NCBI GenBank assembly: GCA_022394755.1
Contig: JAGFCA010000005.1
Location: 94,313-158,312 of the forward strand
Length of the DNA: 64,000 nucleotides
Direction of reading: 5' to 3'
DNA from: Candidatus Poribacteria bacterium
Lineage (GTDB): Bacteria; Poribacteria; WGA-4E; WGA-3G
Shown one piece after another: positions 20,772-31,660 of the stretch. The position numbers were made by a program, and so were the translations under genes. How positions within the stretch are numbered: the first letter of the stretch is position 1; each line of letters starts with the position of its first letter. The notes beneath the pieces were generated by a model, which ran no database searches, was not told the DNA's origin, and worked only from the letters and a program-made list of their open reading frames with translations.

Positions 20772-22649
20772 TCACTGAGTTCCGTTAATTACCTTGTTCT
20801 CAACTTCATCAATTATTTTGAGCATTTCTTCTGGGTTGACGAATTTTTCAATCCGTTCTAATACTTCTCCTGAAGAATTCAGGAATAAAACAACAGGTAA
20901 ACCGCGGATTTTATATTTCTCGGTTAATACCTTGTCTGATTCTACGCTAAAGTCCAGTTTGACAGTGGTATAGTTTTTTAATCGGTCAACCACCTCTTGA
21001 TTGGAAAATGTTTTATGATCTAATTCATTACATGCCCCACACCAAGTTGCGTAGAAATCAAGCATTACCAGTTTGTTTTCCTGTTTGGCATTTGTTAATG
21101 CAGCAGGCTCATCATATTCCCAATTCAAATGTGGACCAGCTGCCGGTTGTTGAATTCCACCCAAGATCATATAAGCACCCAAAATAGCGAGCGCTAAACC
21201 AAATGTTTTTTGAACTCGTACCTTTGAAGAAATGCCACTATACCGTTCTTTCAACTTTCCTAACCATAGTCCAATCAAGACAAGTGCACCAGCAAAAGCA
21301 AAAAACGGGTATGAATTCTGAAGAAAACTCTTTAATCCTGAAAATATCTCCACATCCTTAAGAAAATAGAGTGCCATTGTAATTATTGCAATACCAAAGA
21401 TATTTTCTAATACATACATCCATCCGCCAGAACGGGGCAAGGAGGAAATCAAACCAGAGAACGTACCGATACAGATAAAAAGTAATCCCATACCAAGAGC
21501 ATAGGTAAACATAAGCCAAAAACCGATTAAGACACTTTGAGTAGTTGCAATATAGGCTAATACTGCTGCCAGCGCGGGACCTGTACAAGGTGCTGCGATC
21601 ACACCCGCCACTGTTCCCATACCGAAGGCACCGACGAATCCTGTACCACCTACTGTATTGAGTTTATTTTGTACTGAACTTGGTAGTCTAATTTCAAATA
21701 CACCAAACATGGATAATCCTAATGAAAAAAGTATTACACTTATAAAACCAATTACCCAAGGGTTTGCCATTATCTGACCAAATACCGCACCAGTTGATGC
21801 TACAGCAACTCCTAAAATTGAATACGTCAATACAATACCAAAAACATATACCAATGAAAGTAAAAATGATTTGAAGACACCTGTTGATTCGTTTGCCCCA
21901 AAAACTGATACCGTAATGGGAATTAACGGATATACACAAGGTGTTAGACTTGTAACAATTCCACCAGCAAAAACAAGAAGAAATGCCAACCATAACTTAC
22001 CACCTGATAATGCACCAGCGATTCCACCTTTGTTCTCATTATTGGTCGGTTTGTTTACTGAGACTGTCCCAAATTCAATTCCTGTAAAAATTTCCTGATT
22101 CACCCGTTGTATAATTTCTTCAGTACTGACAATGTCCATCGAAATAGAAATGTTTTGTTTTTCAGGTAATAAACATTGTTCTTCACTACAAGCTTGATAA
22201 CCTAACTCAAGGTTCAAGGTTATCGGCTCAATTGCAGCACTATTGTTTAATGTTGCTGGTATTCCTATTGTGATTTTATCGTGATAGACAGATGCTGTAC
22301 CAATAGATGCTATATCCAGTGTATCTCCTTTTGGATATACAATCTCTCCAAATGTCAAGTTAGGTATATTTGGAAGCACTAATTCGGTAGGAAAAAGTCC
22401 CTCTCGAGTAGGATTTGCGTTGATATGCCATCCTTTAGTGATATCAACCACAATTGCTATTTGAAATTGACTTCCCGGCTGGACTTTGTCTAAGGAGATA
22501 AAGCCTTCGGCACTTATTTTATCAACAACTTCATTATCAGGAAGACCAAAATCTGGAAACTGAGCGGGTGAAATAAATGGTAAAAATACTATAAGAAGAA
22601 ATGTGAGGATTGTTAAATATGGAATCTTAATCTTGATTTTATTTTGCAT
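20772..22649 (-). CDS. dsbD: Thiol:disulfide interchange protein DsbD
   Basis: YQACSEEQC N-domain, LTPCVYP and APCTGP TM cysteines, thioredoxin WCGAC. Confidence 0.92.
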   Translation of the reverse strand: MQNKIKIKIPYLTILTFLLIVFLPFISPAQFPDFGLPDNEVVDKISAEGFISLDKVQPGSQFQIAIVVDITKGWHINANPTREGLFPTELVLPNIPNLTFGEIVYPKGDTLDIASIGTASVYHDKITIGIPATLNNSAAIEPITLNLELGYQACSEEQCLLPEKQNISISMDIVSTEEIIQRVNQEIFTGIEFGTVSVNKPTNNENKGGIAGALSGGKLWLAFLLVFAGGIVTSLTPCVYPLIPITVSVFGANESTGVFKSFLLSLVYVFGIVLTYSILGVAVASTGAVFGQIMANPWVIGFISVILFSLGLSMFGVFEIRLPSSVQNKLNTVGGTGFVGAFGMGTVAGVIAAPCTGPALAAVLAYIATTQSVLIGFWLMFTYALGMGLLFICIGTFSGLISSLPRSGGWMYVLENIFGIAIITMALYFLKDVEIFSGLKSFLQNSYPFFAFAGALVLIGLWLGKLKERYSGISSKVRVQKTFGLALAILGAYMILGGIQQPAAGPHLNWEYDEPAALTNAKQENKLVMLDFYATWCGACNELDHKTFSNQEVVDRLKNYTTVKLDFSVESDKVLTEKYKIRGLPVVLFLNSSGEVLERIEKFVNPEEMLKIIDEVENKVINGTQ

Positions 22650-22730
22650 CAGTCAGTTCTCCTAAGAGAATGGAATTTACTACAGAAGACTATTATATTC
22701 GCGGATATTACCGTTTTCTATTAAAGTAAT

Positions 22731-24359
22731 TTATCGGGGTTCAAGCACTATACATGGCAGAATCATTTCTTCAAATGAGATACCTCCATGTTGGAAACTA
22801 CCCTGAAATACATCATTGTAGTTGGTCGAATGCCTATCGTAGACAAAATAATAATCTTCAAGTGCAAGGATATAATTCTTGTCATTATCATTTGAAGGCA
22901 AACGATATTTTTCAGGTTCTTTTATAATAAAACTTGCGTCTTGGTTATAAATGATATTCTTGCCTTCTTTAACTCGTAGTCCACTGGAAAGTTCATGTTG
23001 ACTTGAGACCTTCGCAGCATTGTTGCATTTTACCGACCCATGGTCAGATGTAAGTATCACGGTAATACCTCTGTCTGCTGCAAGCTGTATGATATTATAT
23101 AATCTTGAGTTCTTAAACCACGTTTGTGCAACTCCTCGGAAGGCTTTTTCATCTGGAATCAGTTGTTGAAGAACAGATTCATCAGGATACATATGGGTTA
23201 ACATATCAATAAAATCAACAACAACTGCAGCCAAAGTTATACGTTTTGTCTCAGAAAACCATTGTAAATACTGAATCTCACCGCGTTCATCAAAAATCTT
23301 AAAGTAATGAGGTGTTGGTTTAAGAGCAATCCCGTAACGTTCAAGTTGTAAGAGCATCAAATCTTTTTCATATCTATTGATGCTGGTATGTCCAACCTCT
23401 GGTTCTGCATATAGTTCAGGGTAACGATCTGATAAATCTCTTGGAAAAAGACCGCTAAAAATCGCATTCCTTGCATAACCCGTTGTCGTAGGTAATATAG
23501 AAAAATAATAATGTCTTGATACCTGGAAATCATTATATAATAGGGGTTCAATTTTAAGCCAATGGTCCATCCTTAAGCAATCTATAATTACAAATAATAC
23601 AGATTTACCAATTTGTATTTCAGGAATAACAAATTTATCAAGTAGATCTACCGAGAGTGTTGGAGATTTGTCACCTTCTAACCATGAACTATATGATTCC
23701 TTAATGTAATTTGTAAATGCTAAATTAGCTTCTCGCTTTTCTATAGCATGTATTTCTTCAAGTTCGTCTGTCTTCTTAATATCTTCAAATCTAATATCCC
23801 ATTCAAGCAGATTGATATAGGTATCTATCCAAGTTTGCCATTCATTGGCTTGAGTCGTATCAGAGGTTACTTTACTTAGCTGTGGCTCTTGTGTAGAAAA
23901 TGTATTGTGTTGATGAAATTCCTCCACGTATGCTTGAGGAATATATTCGTTAAGAATTACATTTCTTTCCAGTAAAAGAGTAAGAGATGTAACTAATTGC
24001 CTTGGGTTCGTCGGCATAATTAAAACATCACTTACATTAAAAAGGTTGACATACTCCATTAATTCTTGATTTGCAGATTCTGAAAGTATTAATATGGGGA
24101 TATGTCGATCCAATTTACGTATTTGGGTTAAAAAATCTCGAATTTCATCTGTGTCATTATTGCTCAGTAATAGACAGTGAAAATTCCATTCTCTAAGTAA
24201 ATCTATCCCTTCCTCAGGATTTTCCGAAAAAGACACATCATAATTATTATACTCTAAGAATCGGATATAAGGTTTTAATTCAGATTTTAACAACGGGTTT
24301 GAAGTAAACGCTTTTAATGTTCCATCAATCCACAGAATCCTCCCTTTTATGTCTTTCAT
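22731..24359 (-). CDS. PorX-like REC-PglZ (alkaline phosphatase superfamily) protein with atypical receiver
   Basis: N-terminal REC fold; PglZ motifs IDCLR.D.W, LPTTT.YARNAIFSG, DMLTH, TSDHG, FQHGG.S.EEM. Confidence 0.85.
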   Translation of the reverse strand: MKDIKGRILWIDGTLKAFTSNPLLKSELKPYIRFLEYNNYDVSFSENPEEGIDLLREWNFHCLLLSNNDTDEIRDFLTQIRKLDRHIPILILSESANQELMEYVNLFNVSDVLIMPTNPRQLVTSLTLLLERNVILNEYIPQAYVEEFHQHNTFSTQEPQLSKVTSDTTQANEWQTWIDTYINLLEWDIRFEDIKKTDELEEIHAIEKREANLAFTNYIKESYSSWLEGDKSPTLSVDLLDKFVIPEIQIGKSVLFVIIDCLRMDHWLKIEPLLYNDFQVSRHYYFSILPTTTGYARNAIFSGLFPRDLSDRYPELYAEPEVGHTSINRYEKDLMLLQLERYGIALKPTPHYFKIFDERGEIQYLQWFSETKRITLAAVVVDFIDMLTHMYPDESVLQQLIPDEKAFRGVAQTWFKNSRLYNIIQLAADRGITVILTSDHGSVKCNNAAKVSSQHELSSGLRVKEGKNIIYNQDASFIIKEPEKYRLPSNDNDKNYILALEDYYFVYDRHSTNYNDVFQGSFQHGGISFEEMILPCIVLEPR

Positions 24360-24465
24360 ATGTTCCCTTCCTTATGAGTTAAACCCTGATTGATGAAATG
24401 ATTACAATCGGGTAGTTATGAAAATTAGAGAACTATAACAAAAACAGGGAATATACTGAATTTAT

Positions 24466-25776
24466 CTATATTGCTGAAACAAAACGGCCTGGATTCAATA
24501 TATTACCCCCATCAAATTTTGCTTTGATCTGTTTCATTAATAATATTGTCCTATCAATTGAACCCCAAACATCTATCTGTTGTTTTAATTCTGGTGGGGC
24601 ATCTTCAATTATAAGATTTCCATGCGCTTCAACCACATCTTCTCGTAGTTGATTAAGTGTTTGAGAAAGTGAATCCACATCATAACCAGATATTTTGTTG
24701 ATTCTAAGGTATAATACCCCATTACTGACAATCACCATAATATCGTCGGTAATATCCAATACCTTCACCGCAAATTCTGCAATGTCGGTCCGTTTTAAAT
24801 TTAGTTTCACCAAGACAGTATCAGAGTTGGGATTAACTGCTGCAAATTCTTGAATTAACTTTTGGACGTCAGTTTGACTTTCTCCATCAATTGTATGCAC
24901 ACCTAATGAACTGTTTTGTTCCATCAGTGTTTGTGTAGAATCCAGCTGCCAAGACACTGCTTCAGGATCTCCTCCAAAGCCAATAAGTAATGTAGGCTTG
25001 CTATCTGTTATGTCTTGACATGTGAACCTTGAGCAAAGGTTCACATAAAGGGGTTGAATCTGTGAACTGGCGACCATTAAACCTGAGGTGATAGCATCTT
25101 GTATGTTTTCAAATTGAGAAATCATTACTGCGGATTTGGTTGGCAAAGGTGCTAATTTTAAAGTGACTTCAGTGATTATACCAAGGGTTCCAAAAGCTCC
25201 AATATAGAGTTTATTAATGTCGTACCCAGCAACATTTTTAACTACTTTTCCACCACTTTTAACCACAGTACCAGTAGGATTCATTACTTTCAAACCCAAA
25301 ACTAAATTTCTGGCTGTTCCATATTGATGTCTTAACGGTCCACTTGAGTTTGACGATACTATACCACCTATAGTACATCTATCTCCGTAGGGTGGATCTA
25401 ATGGGAGAAATTGATTATGTTCTGATAAGACTGTTTGAAGGTCAGTTAAACGAATACCTGCCTCCACTGTTACAGTCAAATCGGCAGGTTCATATTCTAA
25501 CACCTTGTTAAGTCGGTTTGTTGAAACTACTAAATCAGTTTTTTCTGCTAAGTTGCCGATTCCCAGTTTCGTTCCAGAACCAGTTGGTATTATAGACAGT
25601 TTGTTTTCTGTGGCATAACGTACAATACGCTGCAATTCTTGAATAGAGGAAGGTATCACACCTTCATCAGGCGTAATTCCATCATAAGAATATGATGAAA
25701 TGTCTTCCTCAGTCATAAGAGAATCATGTCTAATGATTTCTCGTAACTTACTGTCTATTTTTTCTATAGATGCCAT
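24466..25776 (-). CDS. FAD-binding oxidoreductase, GlcE-like (FAD_binding_4)
   Basis: GSGTKL..G, YEPADLTVTVEAG, TIGG, GGKVVKNVAGYD, GTLGII, ILNPGRF; likely ATG at 25776. Confidence 0.88.
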   Translation of the reverse strand: MASIEKIDSKLREIIRHDSLMTEEDISSYSYDGITPDEGVIPSSIQELQRIVRYATENKLSIIPTGSGTKLGIGNLAEKTDLVVSTNRLNKVLEYEPADLTVTVEAGIRLTDLQTVLSEHNQFLPLDPPYGDRCTIGGIVSSNSSGPLRHQYGTARNLVLGLKVMNPTGTVVKSGGKVVKNVAGYDINKLYIGAFGTLGIITEVTLKLAPLPTKSAVMISQFENIQDAITSGLMVASSQIQPLYVNLCSRFTCQDITDSKPTLLIGFGGDPEAVSWQLDSTQTLMEQNSSLGVHTIDGESQTDVQKLIQEFAAVNPNSDTVLVKLNLKRTDIAEFAVKVLDITDDIMVIVSNGVLYLRINKISGYDVDSLSQTLNQLREDVVEAHGNLIIEDAPPELKQQIDVWGSIDRTILLMKQIKAKFDGGNILNPGRFVSAI

Positions 25777-25835
25777 ATCACACTTTCCATATATAAAATT
25801 TGCTAAGTTTAGTACAACCAGTGAGTTCATATAGA

Positions 25836-27284
25836 TTATTCGTTATCTTTATCAGAATAGTCGATCGTCCATTTGCCTTCACCACCCCCTGTCAGTGCAT
25901 CTTGCCATAAGGCGATGCATTTCTCTGGAGCATTATGTTCTAATAAATATGCCATAAATAATTGATGTAATTCAGTTAATAAAGACACATTATCTTCTGC
26001 TATATTATTAGCTGCCAGTGGATCTATACTAAGATCAAATAACTCAGGGTTACCAAGAGATCAGACTGGTGCATATCCCCATCGCTCTGTGACAAGAAAT
26101 GGTGTTACTGCTCGATTTGGGACAATGTTGTTTTGTGAATTAATATGAGTTGCTGTGATTGCATACTCTCTATGTTGTGTATCACCGTTAAGAAGTGAAT
26201 TCGCAAATGACCGTCCTTCAAAAGGTTTAGGTGGTTCAAGAGAGACCTGTGCTAAATCACATAATGTGGGTAGAATATCAACAGGTTGTCCGATAAGTTA
26301 AAGACTTTGTCCTTGTGGAATTTCACCACCAGCGATTAAAAACATCTCATGATTAATTTCTGGATAGGTAGGCCAAAACCGAGGGTCATCCGGATCTATA
26401 TTTGATTTACCTGTTTTCCCATGTTCACCAATAGACATTCCATGGTCAGACATGACAACTACAATAGATTCATCCCATAATTCAAGATCTTCAATTTTTT
26501 CAATAATTCGTCCAATATGACGATCAACCATTTCGGATTCACCAGCATAATGTGCCCATAGATTATGTAATTCTTCTTCACTATACAGTGATGAACGTCC
26601 ATAGTTAGGGTGGATCATCGGTGGTCCTGAATATGTTGGATCATATCTCTTAACGATATATTCTGGTGGATCCCATGGTTCATGTGGATCAAAGAAATCT
26701 ACCCATAAAAAGAATGGTCCTGAATCGGAGTTTTCCTCAAGAAATCTTATAGCACTTTGAGATGTTCTTGCTGAGAACGTCTCTGACTCATATTGGTAAT
26801 ACCGGTTCGTCCAACGATGGGTATTGGCTAACGTATGACCACGGAAGGAAGGATTCGGTCGTGTCTTTTCATCCGGCATTACTCTCTCAATCTCATCATT
26901 AAGATGTAGTAACGGTTTATCACCTTCTTGACCACGATGTTGGAATGCCGCATGAAATCCTTGTTGAAAACGGGCATTAAACAGATGTGGACAATCGCAG
27001 ATTAACTGTGTTGCATACCCTTTACCCGCCAACAGTTTCGCAACATGGTTCGGACCACTTTGATCAATCGGCTGCCACGGATAGTGTGGCCACCCGACAG
27101 TACTCGTCGCAACATCAGTTCTATGAGGAATAGTTGGGAAACTATTCATATAGAATTTTTCTATGGCTGTTGCACGGTTAGCAGCAAAATTATCGAGCAT
27201 GGGTGTCCGTATAGGTCTTGTTGCCCTTTCACCCAAATTGTCATAACGGAATGTATCGGTAATTAGGAGAATTATATTTTTCAT
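25836..27284 (-). pseudogene. Sulfatase-family gene interrupted by two in-frame stops
   Basis: The ORF stops at TAA 26300-26298, but the same frame continues (LIGQPVDILPTLCDLA...FEGRSF...) through TGA 26063-26061 (PV*SLGNPELFDL..DP) to TAA 25838-25836. Confidence 0.85.
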
Positions 27285-27332
27285 GTTGTGAGGTGTCCTT
27301 AGGATCTAATTATATGTATATCTATATCGTGA

Positions 27333-28259
27333 TTATACTTCTTGAGGCGTTGTTTTTATTAACAATATTGTTATAAGCAGTAATGGCACAATGATCAATA
27401 ATGTCGACTGTATTGAGATGGTTGTTCCAATGAAACATGGGAAAAATAGAATTGAACCAAACATTGACCCTTGTAAAGCAAAATACCCATTTTTCTCTTT
27501 AGGTTGTACATAGAGAGGAATACGTGTAACAATAGCTGCAATAACTCCCAATATACCAAAGATTATATAGGACTGAATATTAACAGAATCCTCCGTCCAA
27601 AAAGGGAGCAGTACGATAAAAAAAGATAAGAATGTAGCAACTGCAGATAATATTAATGACGGTCGTATTCCAAGTTGTTGAGGTGTAGTAACTATTCCTA
27701 CTTTTGAATCGCGGGTTATATCCTTGAAAGTCGTTGTGATATGTGTTCCTAAATCGTAGAGAGTAATTGCTCCAAAAGCATACCATACTAATCGGGGAAC
27801 ATGACCACTCACAACCAACGCCCCAAAAATACTTAGTAAACCTATTCCTACTGGCAATGTAAGACTGCCTAATATCCCACGTGCCTTAAAAATTGCATTA
27901 TACAAGTGTGATATTGCAACCAATCCTATTACCAATAGACCTGCTTTTATATTTAATAGAAACCCACAGATGACACAGAGGGAATAGATAATACTTGCAG
28001 GAATTATTGCTTGTTTTGGTGTCAATCGTTGTGATGGTAACGGACGATCAGGATTCGTTATAGCATCAGTTTCTTTGTGGAAATAGTCGTTCTTGATCAT
28101 TCCAGCAAAGTAGCCGAACATGGCAATTACTACTGCTGCTATAACTCGCCATGATAGGTTTCCTTCACTTGCAATTAAGGCACCTGGTAGTGTCGCCACA
28201 ATAGGAATTGCAAATAGTGGATAACGGATTAATTCGAGATATGCTTTGACAGTTTTCAT
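27333..28259 (-). CDS. UbiA family prenyltransferase
   Basis: YLELIR, NDYF...D....P.RPLPS, KD...D..G..T; multiple TM helices. Confidence 0.88.
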   Translation of the reverse strand: MKTVKAYLELIRYPLFAIPIVATLPGALIASEGNLSWRVIAAVVIAMFGYFAGMIKNDYFHKETDAITNPDRPLPSQRLTPKQAIIPASIIYSLCVICGFLLNIKAGLLVIGLVAISHLYNAIFKARGILGSLTLPVGIGLLSIFGALVVSGHVPRLVWYAFGAITLYDLGTHITTTFKDITRDSKVGIVTTPQQLGIRPSLILSAVATFLSFFIVLLPFWTEDSVNIQSYIIFGILGVIAAIVTRIPLYVQPKEKNGYFALQGSMFGSILFFPCFIGTTISIQSTLLIIVPLLLITILLIKTTPQEV

Positions 28260-28262
28260 TGT

Positions 28263-29318
28263 CTAAAATTTGTCTCGAGGAAGTCCCGCTTCTGAGACAG
28301 GAGTAGATCTTGGATCGAATACTTCCTCAACACTATAGAATTGATCACTTTGCGTCCCTATTCCCAGTTCCGTTACATTCGGTCCAACCTGTTTATTACC
28401 ACTGATATAATTGTCTCTTAATCTGCCCCCATCATAAACTGCCCATCCGTTGTTAAGTGTAATATTATTTGATACAATTTCAGGAGATGAGGTAGAATAA
28501 CAGATGATTGCATATTCATAGTTTGAACGGATATTGTTATGATGGATTCTTGGTCTGGAATCATCTTCACAGACTATTCCGTAGCGATTGGCAGCAAATT
28601 CGTTGAATTCCACTTCAGGTGCTGATGACCCACGAAATTGTGCACCACTCCCATTTCTGTTAAACTCGTTTGATGAGATTGTTGGATTGGTGTTTTCACA
28701 GAGAACCCCTATATTGTTTTCACTAAATAGACATCTTTCTATTTGGACTGTGTCTGTTTTACATAATATTGCATTCTTTGCATGTTGTATACGGCAATAA
28801 GTTAATCTACTGTTTAGACTTTGGGTTTCAATTGTTATCCCTCGCCAATCACCCGCCTTTGGTGGGGATGCTATAGATTTCCGTGTTGTAGAAGTCTGGG
28901 AATTCTGAATATTATTATTGAATGAATTCTGAATATTAATATTGGTTGTTGGTGTCTCTTCCGTCCTGACATCCTGAGGAGTTTGCTGCTTACCTAAAGA
29001 ACCGAAAACAATCATATTGTCTGGTGACCCTTCAGCATAGAACTCACCATAGACTATTATTTCACTCGGTTCATCTTTTGGTTCAAAGCCTACTATCGTT
29101 CCTGAACGGATTGTAAGTGTGATATCTGCTGGAACAATTACGCTACCGGTAATATATATTCGTCCATCCCATACTTCATCTTGTGTCAATTCACCAGATT
29201 TCTCTATAATTCCATTGGTTGATCCGTTATTATTGGCATTGAAGATTCCACCTTGGCAACCAAGATAAAATAGGGCTGTAAATAAGAGGATGATTATTCT
29301 TAAAAATGGTTTATTCAT
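28263..29318 (-). CDS. Lipoprotein with right-handed beta-helix (NosD-like) repeats
   Basis: Lipobox YLGC; LTI..GT.V.F, W.GI, repeated N..GI.C...S.P.I..N.I. Confidence 0.85.
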   Translation of the reverse strand: MNKPFLRIIILLFTALFYLGCQGGIFNANNNGSTNGIIEKSGELTQDEVWDGRIYITGSVIVPADITLTIRSGTIVGFEPKDEPSEIIVYGEFYAEGSPDNMIVFGSLGKQQTPQDVRTEETPTTNINIQNSFNNNIQNSQTSTTRKSIASPPKAGDWRGITIETQSLNSRLTYCRIQHAKNAILCKTDTVQIERCLFSENNIGVLCENTNPTISSNEFNRNGSGAQFRGSSAPEVEFNEFAANRYGIVCEDDSRPRIHHNNIRSNYEYAIICYSTSSPEIVSNNITLNNGWAVYDGGRLRDNYISGNKQVGPNVTELGIGTQSDQFYSVEEVFDPRSTPVSEAGLPRDKF

Positions 29319-29339
29319 ATCATGTTTTTACCACAGAAA

Positions 29340-29394
29340 ACAGTCTCTGTCAAGTCCAAAAAAACTTGACAGAGACTGTAATTCTTGCTATAAT
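29340..29394. promoter_or_regulatory. Back-to-back divergent promoters built on a 16-bp perfect inverted repeat
   Basis: ACAGTCTCTGTCAAGT...ACTTGACAGAGACTGT; plus strand TTGACA(29366)-17 bp-TATAAT(29389) with TG extension; the minus-strand arm also reads TTGACA. Confidence 0.8.
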
Positions 29395-29431
29395 ACTTTA
29401 ATTAATCCACGCAGTTAAAGGACTCATTGAC

Positions 29432-30820
29432 ATGTTTGAGAGCTTAAGCGATCGATTACAAAACACCTTTAAAAAAATAAAGGGACAGGGTAAATTAACT
29501 GAGAATAATATCTCAGATTCTTTACGTGATGTTCGCCGCGCTTTCTTAGAAGCTGATGTCAACTACAAAGTAACACGAGACTTTATTGAGAGTATTAAAG
29601 AAAGAGCTCTCGGTCAAGAGGTAATGGGGAGTCTTACCCCAGAGCTCCAAATAGCGAAAGTCATTAAGGAAGAATTGACCTCTTTAATGGGTGTGGAATC
29701 AGAGAAGATTCAGACTGCATCAAATGGTCCTACGATAGTCATGCTATCTGGTCTACAAGGGGCTGGCAAAACAACTGTAGCAGCAAAATTAGCACTCAAA
29801 TTTCGTAAAGATGGAAGAAATCCAATGCTCGTTGCAGCAGATGTATACAGACCTGCTGCTATAAAACAGCTTGAACTGCTTGGAGAACAGATTGATACAC
29901 CTGTTTTTTCGAGAGGAACTGATGTTTCACCTGTTGAAATTGCCAAGGATGCACTTAAAGATGCTATGTCACGGGGAAATGACTTTATTATTATTGATAC
30001 AGCAGGTCGTCTCCATATTGATGACACTCTTATGGGAGAACTTCGGTCAATCAAAGATGCAGTTAATCCAACTGAAATATTACTTGTCGTTGATGCTATG
30101 ACAGGTCAAGATGCTGTGAATGTTGCTGAGAATTTTAACTCTGACTTGGATATAGATGGTGTAATTCTTACAAAGATGGATGGGGACGCTCGAGGGGGTG
30201 CCGCTCTTTCTATTCGTTCAGTTACAGAAAAACCTATAAAATACATTGGGGTTGGAGAAAAAATAGAGGCATCTGCACTTGAAGAATTTCACCCTGAAAG
30301 AATGGCTTCTCGTATTATTGGACAGGGTGATGTTCAAACTTTGATGGAGAGAGCTGAAGCGGTCTTCAATGAAGATCAAGCTAAAGAATTAGAACGGAAA
30401 CTTACTGAGAAAAAGGGGTTAAATTTTAACGATTTTCTTACACAACTTGAACAAATAAAGAATATGGGACCCCTTGACCAATTATTAGATCTTGTGCCTT
30501 TCAAAAATCAATTACCTGTAAAAGATTTAAAACCTGATGAAGACCATCTGAAATATGCAAAAGCAATGATTCAATCCATGACACCTGCAGAACGAGATAA
30601 CCCGCAGCTATTGGATCGTAGCCGAAAAGCACGCATATCAAGAGGGAGTGGTACAACTGTAAATCAAGTGAATCAATTGCTTTCTCAACTCAAAATGATG
30701 AATACCATGTTGAACCAACAAGGTTCAATGGGTATGCCACAGATGGGACAGAAAATCGGGTTGGGTTCACGAATACAGAAAAAATCAAGAAAACCACGAA
30801 AACGAAGAAGACGTAAATAA
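29432..30820 (+). CDS. ffh: Signal recognition particle protein
   Basis: MFESLS, GLQGAGKTT, DTAGR, TKMDGDARGG, M domain. Confidence 0.98.
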   Translation: MFESLSDRLQNTFKKIKGQGKLTENNISDSLRDVRRAFLEADVNYKVTRDFIESIKERALGQEVMGSLTPELQIAKVIKEELTSLMGVESEKIQTASNGPTIVMLSGLQGAGKTTVAAKLALKFRKDGRNPMLVAADVYRPAAIKQLELLGEQIDTPVFSRGTDVSPVEIAKDALKDAMSRGNDFIIIDTAGRLHIDDTLMGELRSIKDAVNPTEILLVVDAMTGQDAVNVAENFNSDLDIDGVILTKMDGDARGGAALSIRSVTEKPIKYIGVGEKIEASALEEFHPERMASRIIGQGDVQTLMERAEAVFNEDQAKELERKLTEKKGLNFNDFLTQLEQIKNMGPLDQLLDLVPFKNQLPVKDLKPDEDHLKYAKAMIQSMTPAERDNPQLLDRSRKARISRGSGTTVNQVNQLLSQLKMMNTMLNQQGSMGMPQMGQKIGLGSRIQKKSRKPRKRRRRK

Positions 30821-30888
30821 TGTAGAGGATGGCTTCTCTACAGTTATAAGAATGAATTAATTTGAATTGATATACCTGGAGGTATTTT

Positions 30889-31260
30889 TTGGCAGTTAAA
30901 ATTAGATTACAACGACATGGCAGAAAGAAACGTCCGTTTTATAGACTCGTTGCTGCTGATGTTAGAGCATCACGAGATGGTGTGTTTTTAGAACGGTTGG
31001 GACATTATAACCCATTAACCGATCCTGCTGATGTTGTTATAGACGAGGAAAAAGCACTAAAATGGCTTAGAAATGGCGCACAACCAACAGATACAGCAAA
31101 AAGGTTATTGTCTCAGAGTGGTATTTGGAAGAAATTTACTTATGAAAAACTTGGACAAACGTTACCTGAAGATGAGACAGCAGCAGTAGAAGAAATTAAT
31201 AATGATGAAACAGTTGAATCTGAGAATGAAGATACAACTGATGTTAATGAAGAAGAATAA
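30889..31260 (+). CDS. rpsP: 30S ribosomal protein S16
   Basis: MAVKIRL.R.G.KKRPFYR, W L..GAQP; TTG start after GGAGG; acidic tail. Confidence 0.98.
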   Translation: MAVKIRLQRHGRKKRPFYRLVAADVRASRDGVFLERLGHYNPLTDPADVVIDEEKALKWLRNGAQPTDTAKRLLSQSGIWKKFTYEKLGQTLPEDETAAVEEINNDETVESENEDTTDVNEEE

Positions 31261-31390
31261 ACAAATACGACATCTATAAGATTTCTGAATTCCTTGCTTG
31301 TTGCTTAGACTGCTGGGTTTCACCTGCTTTTACCTGTTAAGTGTATAAAATTCCTATACTGATTCACTTTTACATTCCACAAAGTATCTT

Positions 31391-31648
31391 ATGTTCAAAG
31401 ATCTTATTGAATACATCGTAAAAGCTTTAGTAGATAACCCTGAAAATGTGGAAGTGCGCGAAGTGACTGGGGAAAAGGTTGTAATTGTTGAATTAAGGGT
31501 GCCTGAATCTGAATTAGGCAAGATTATTGGCAGATATGGCAGAACCCTAAAAGCAATTAGAAGTATCCTATACACTGCTGGATTAAAAGCAAACAAGAAG
31601 GTAATTCTTGAACTAATTGATGAGTCAAGATCCGGAGAAAACGAATAA
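31391..31648 (+). CDS. khpA: KH-domain RNA-binding protein
   Basis: LIEYIVKALVDNP, GKIIGRYGRT..AIR; canonical position after rpsP. Confidence 0.92.
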   Translation: MFKDLIEYIVKALVDNPENVEVREVTGEKVVIVELRVPESELGKIIGRYGRTLKAIRSILYTAGLKANKKVILELIDESRSGENE

Positions 31649-31660
31649 CAGGATAGCGTA

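Noticed and set aside
26061..26063. UGA recoding (Gly or Sec) in the sulfatase
   Set aside because: TGA is an ordinary stop in other genes here (cydA, guaB, XdhC), and an upstream TAA also interrupts the gene.
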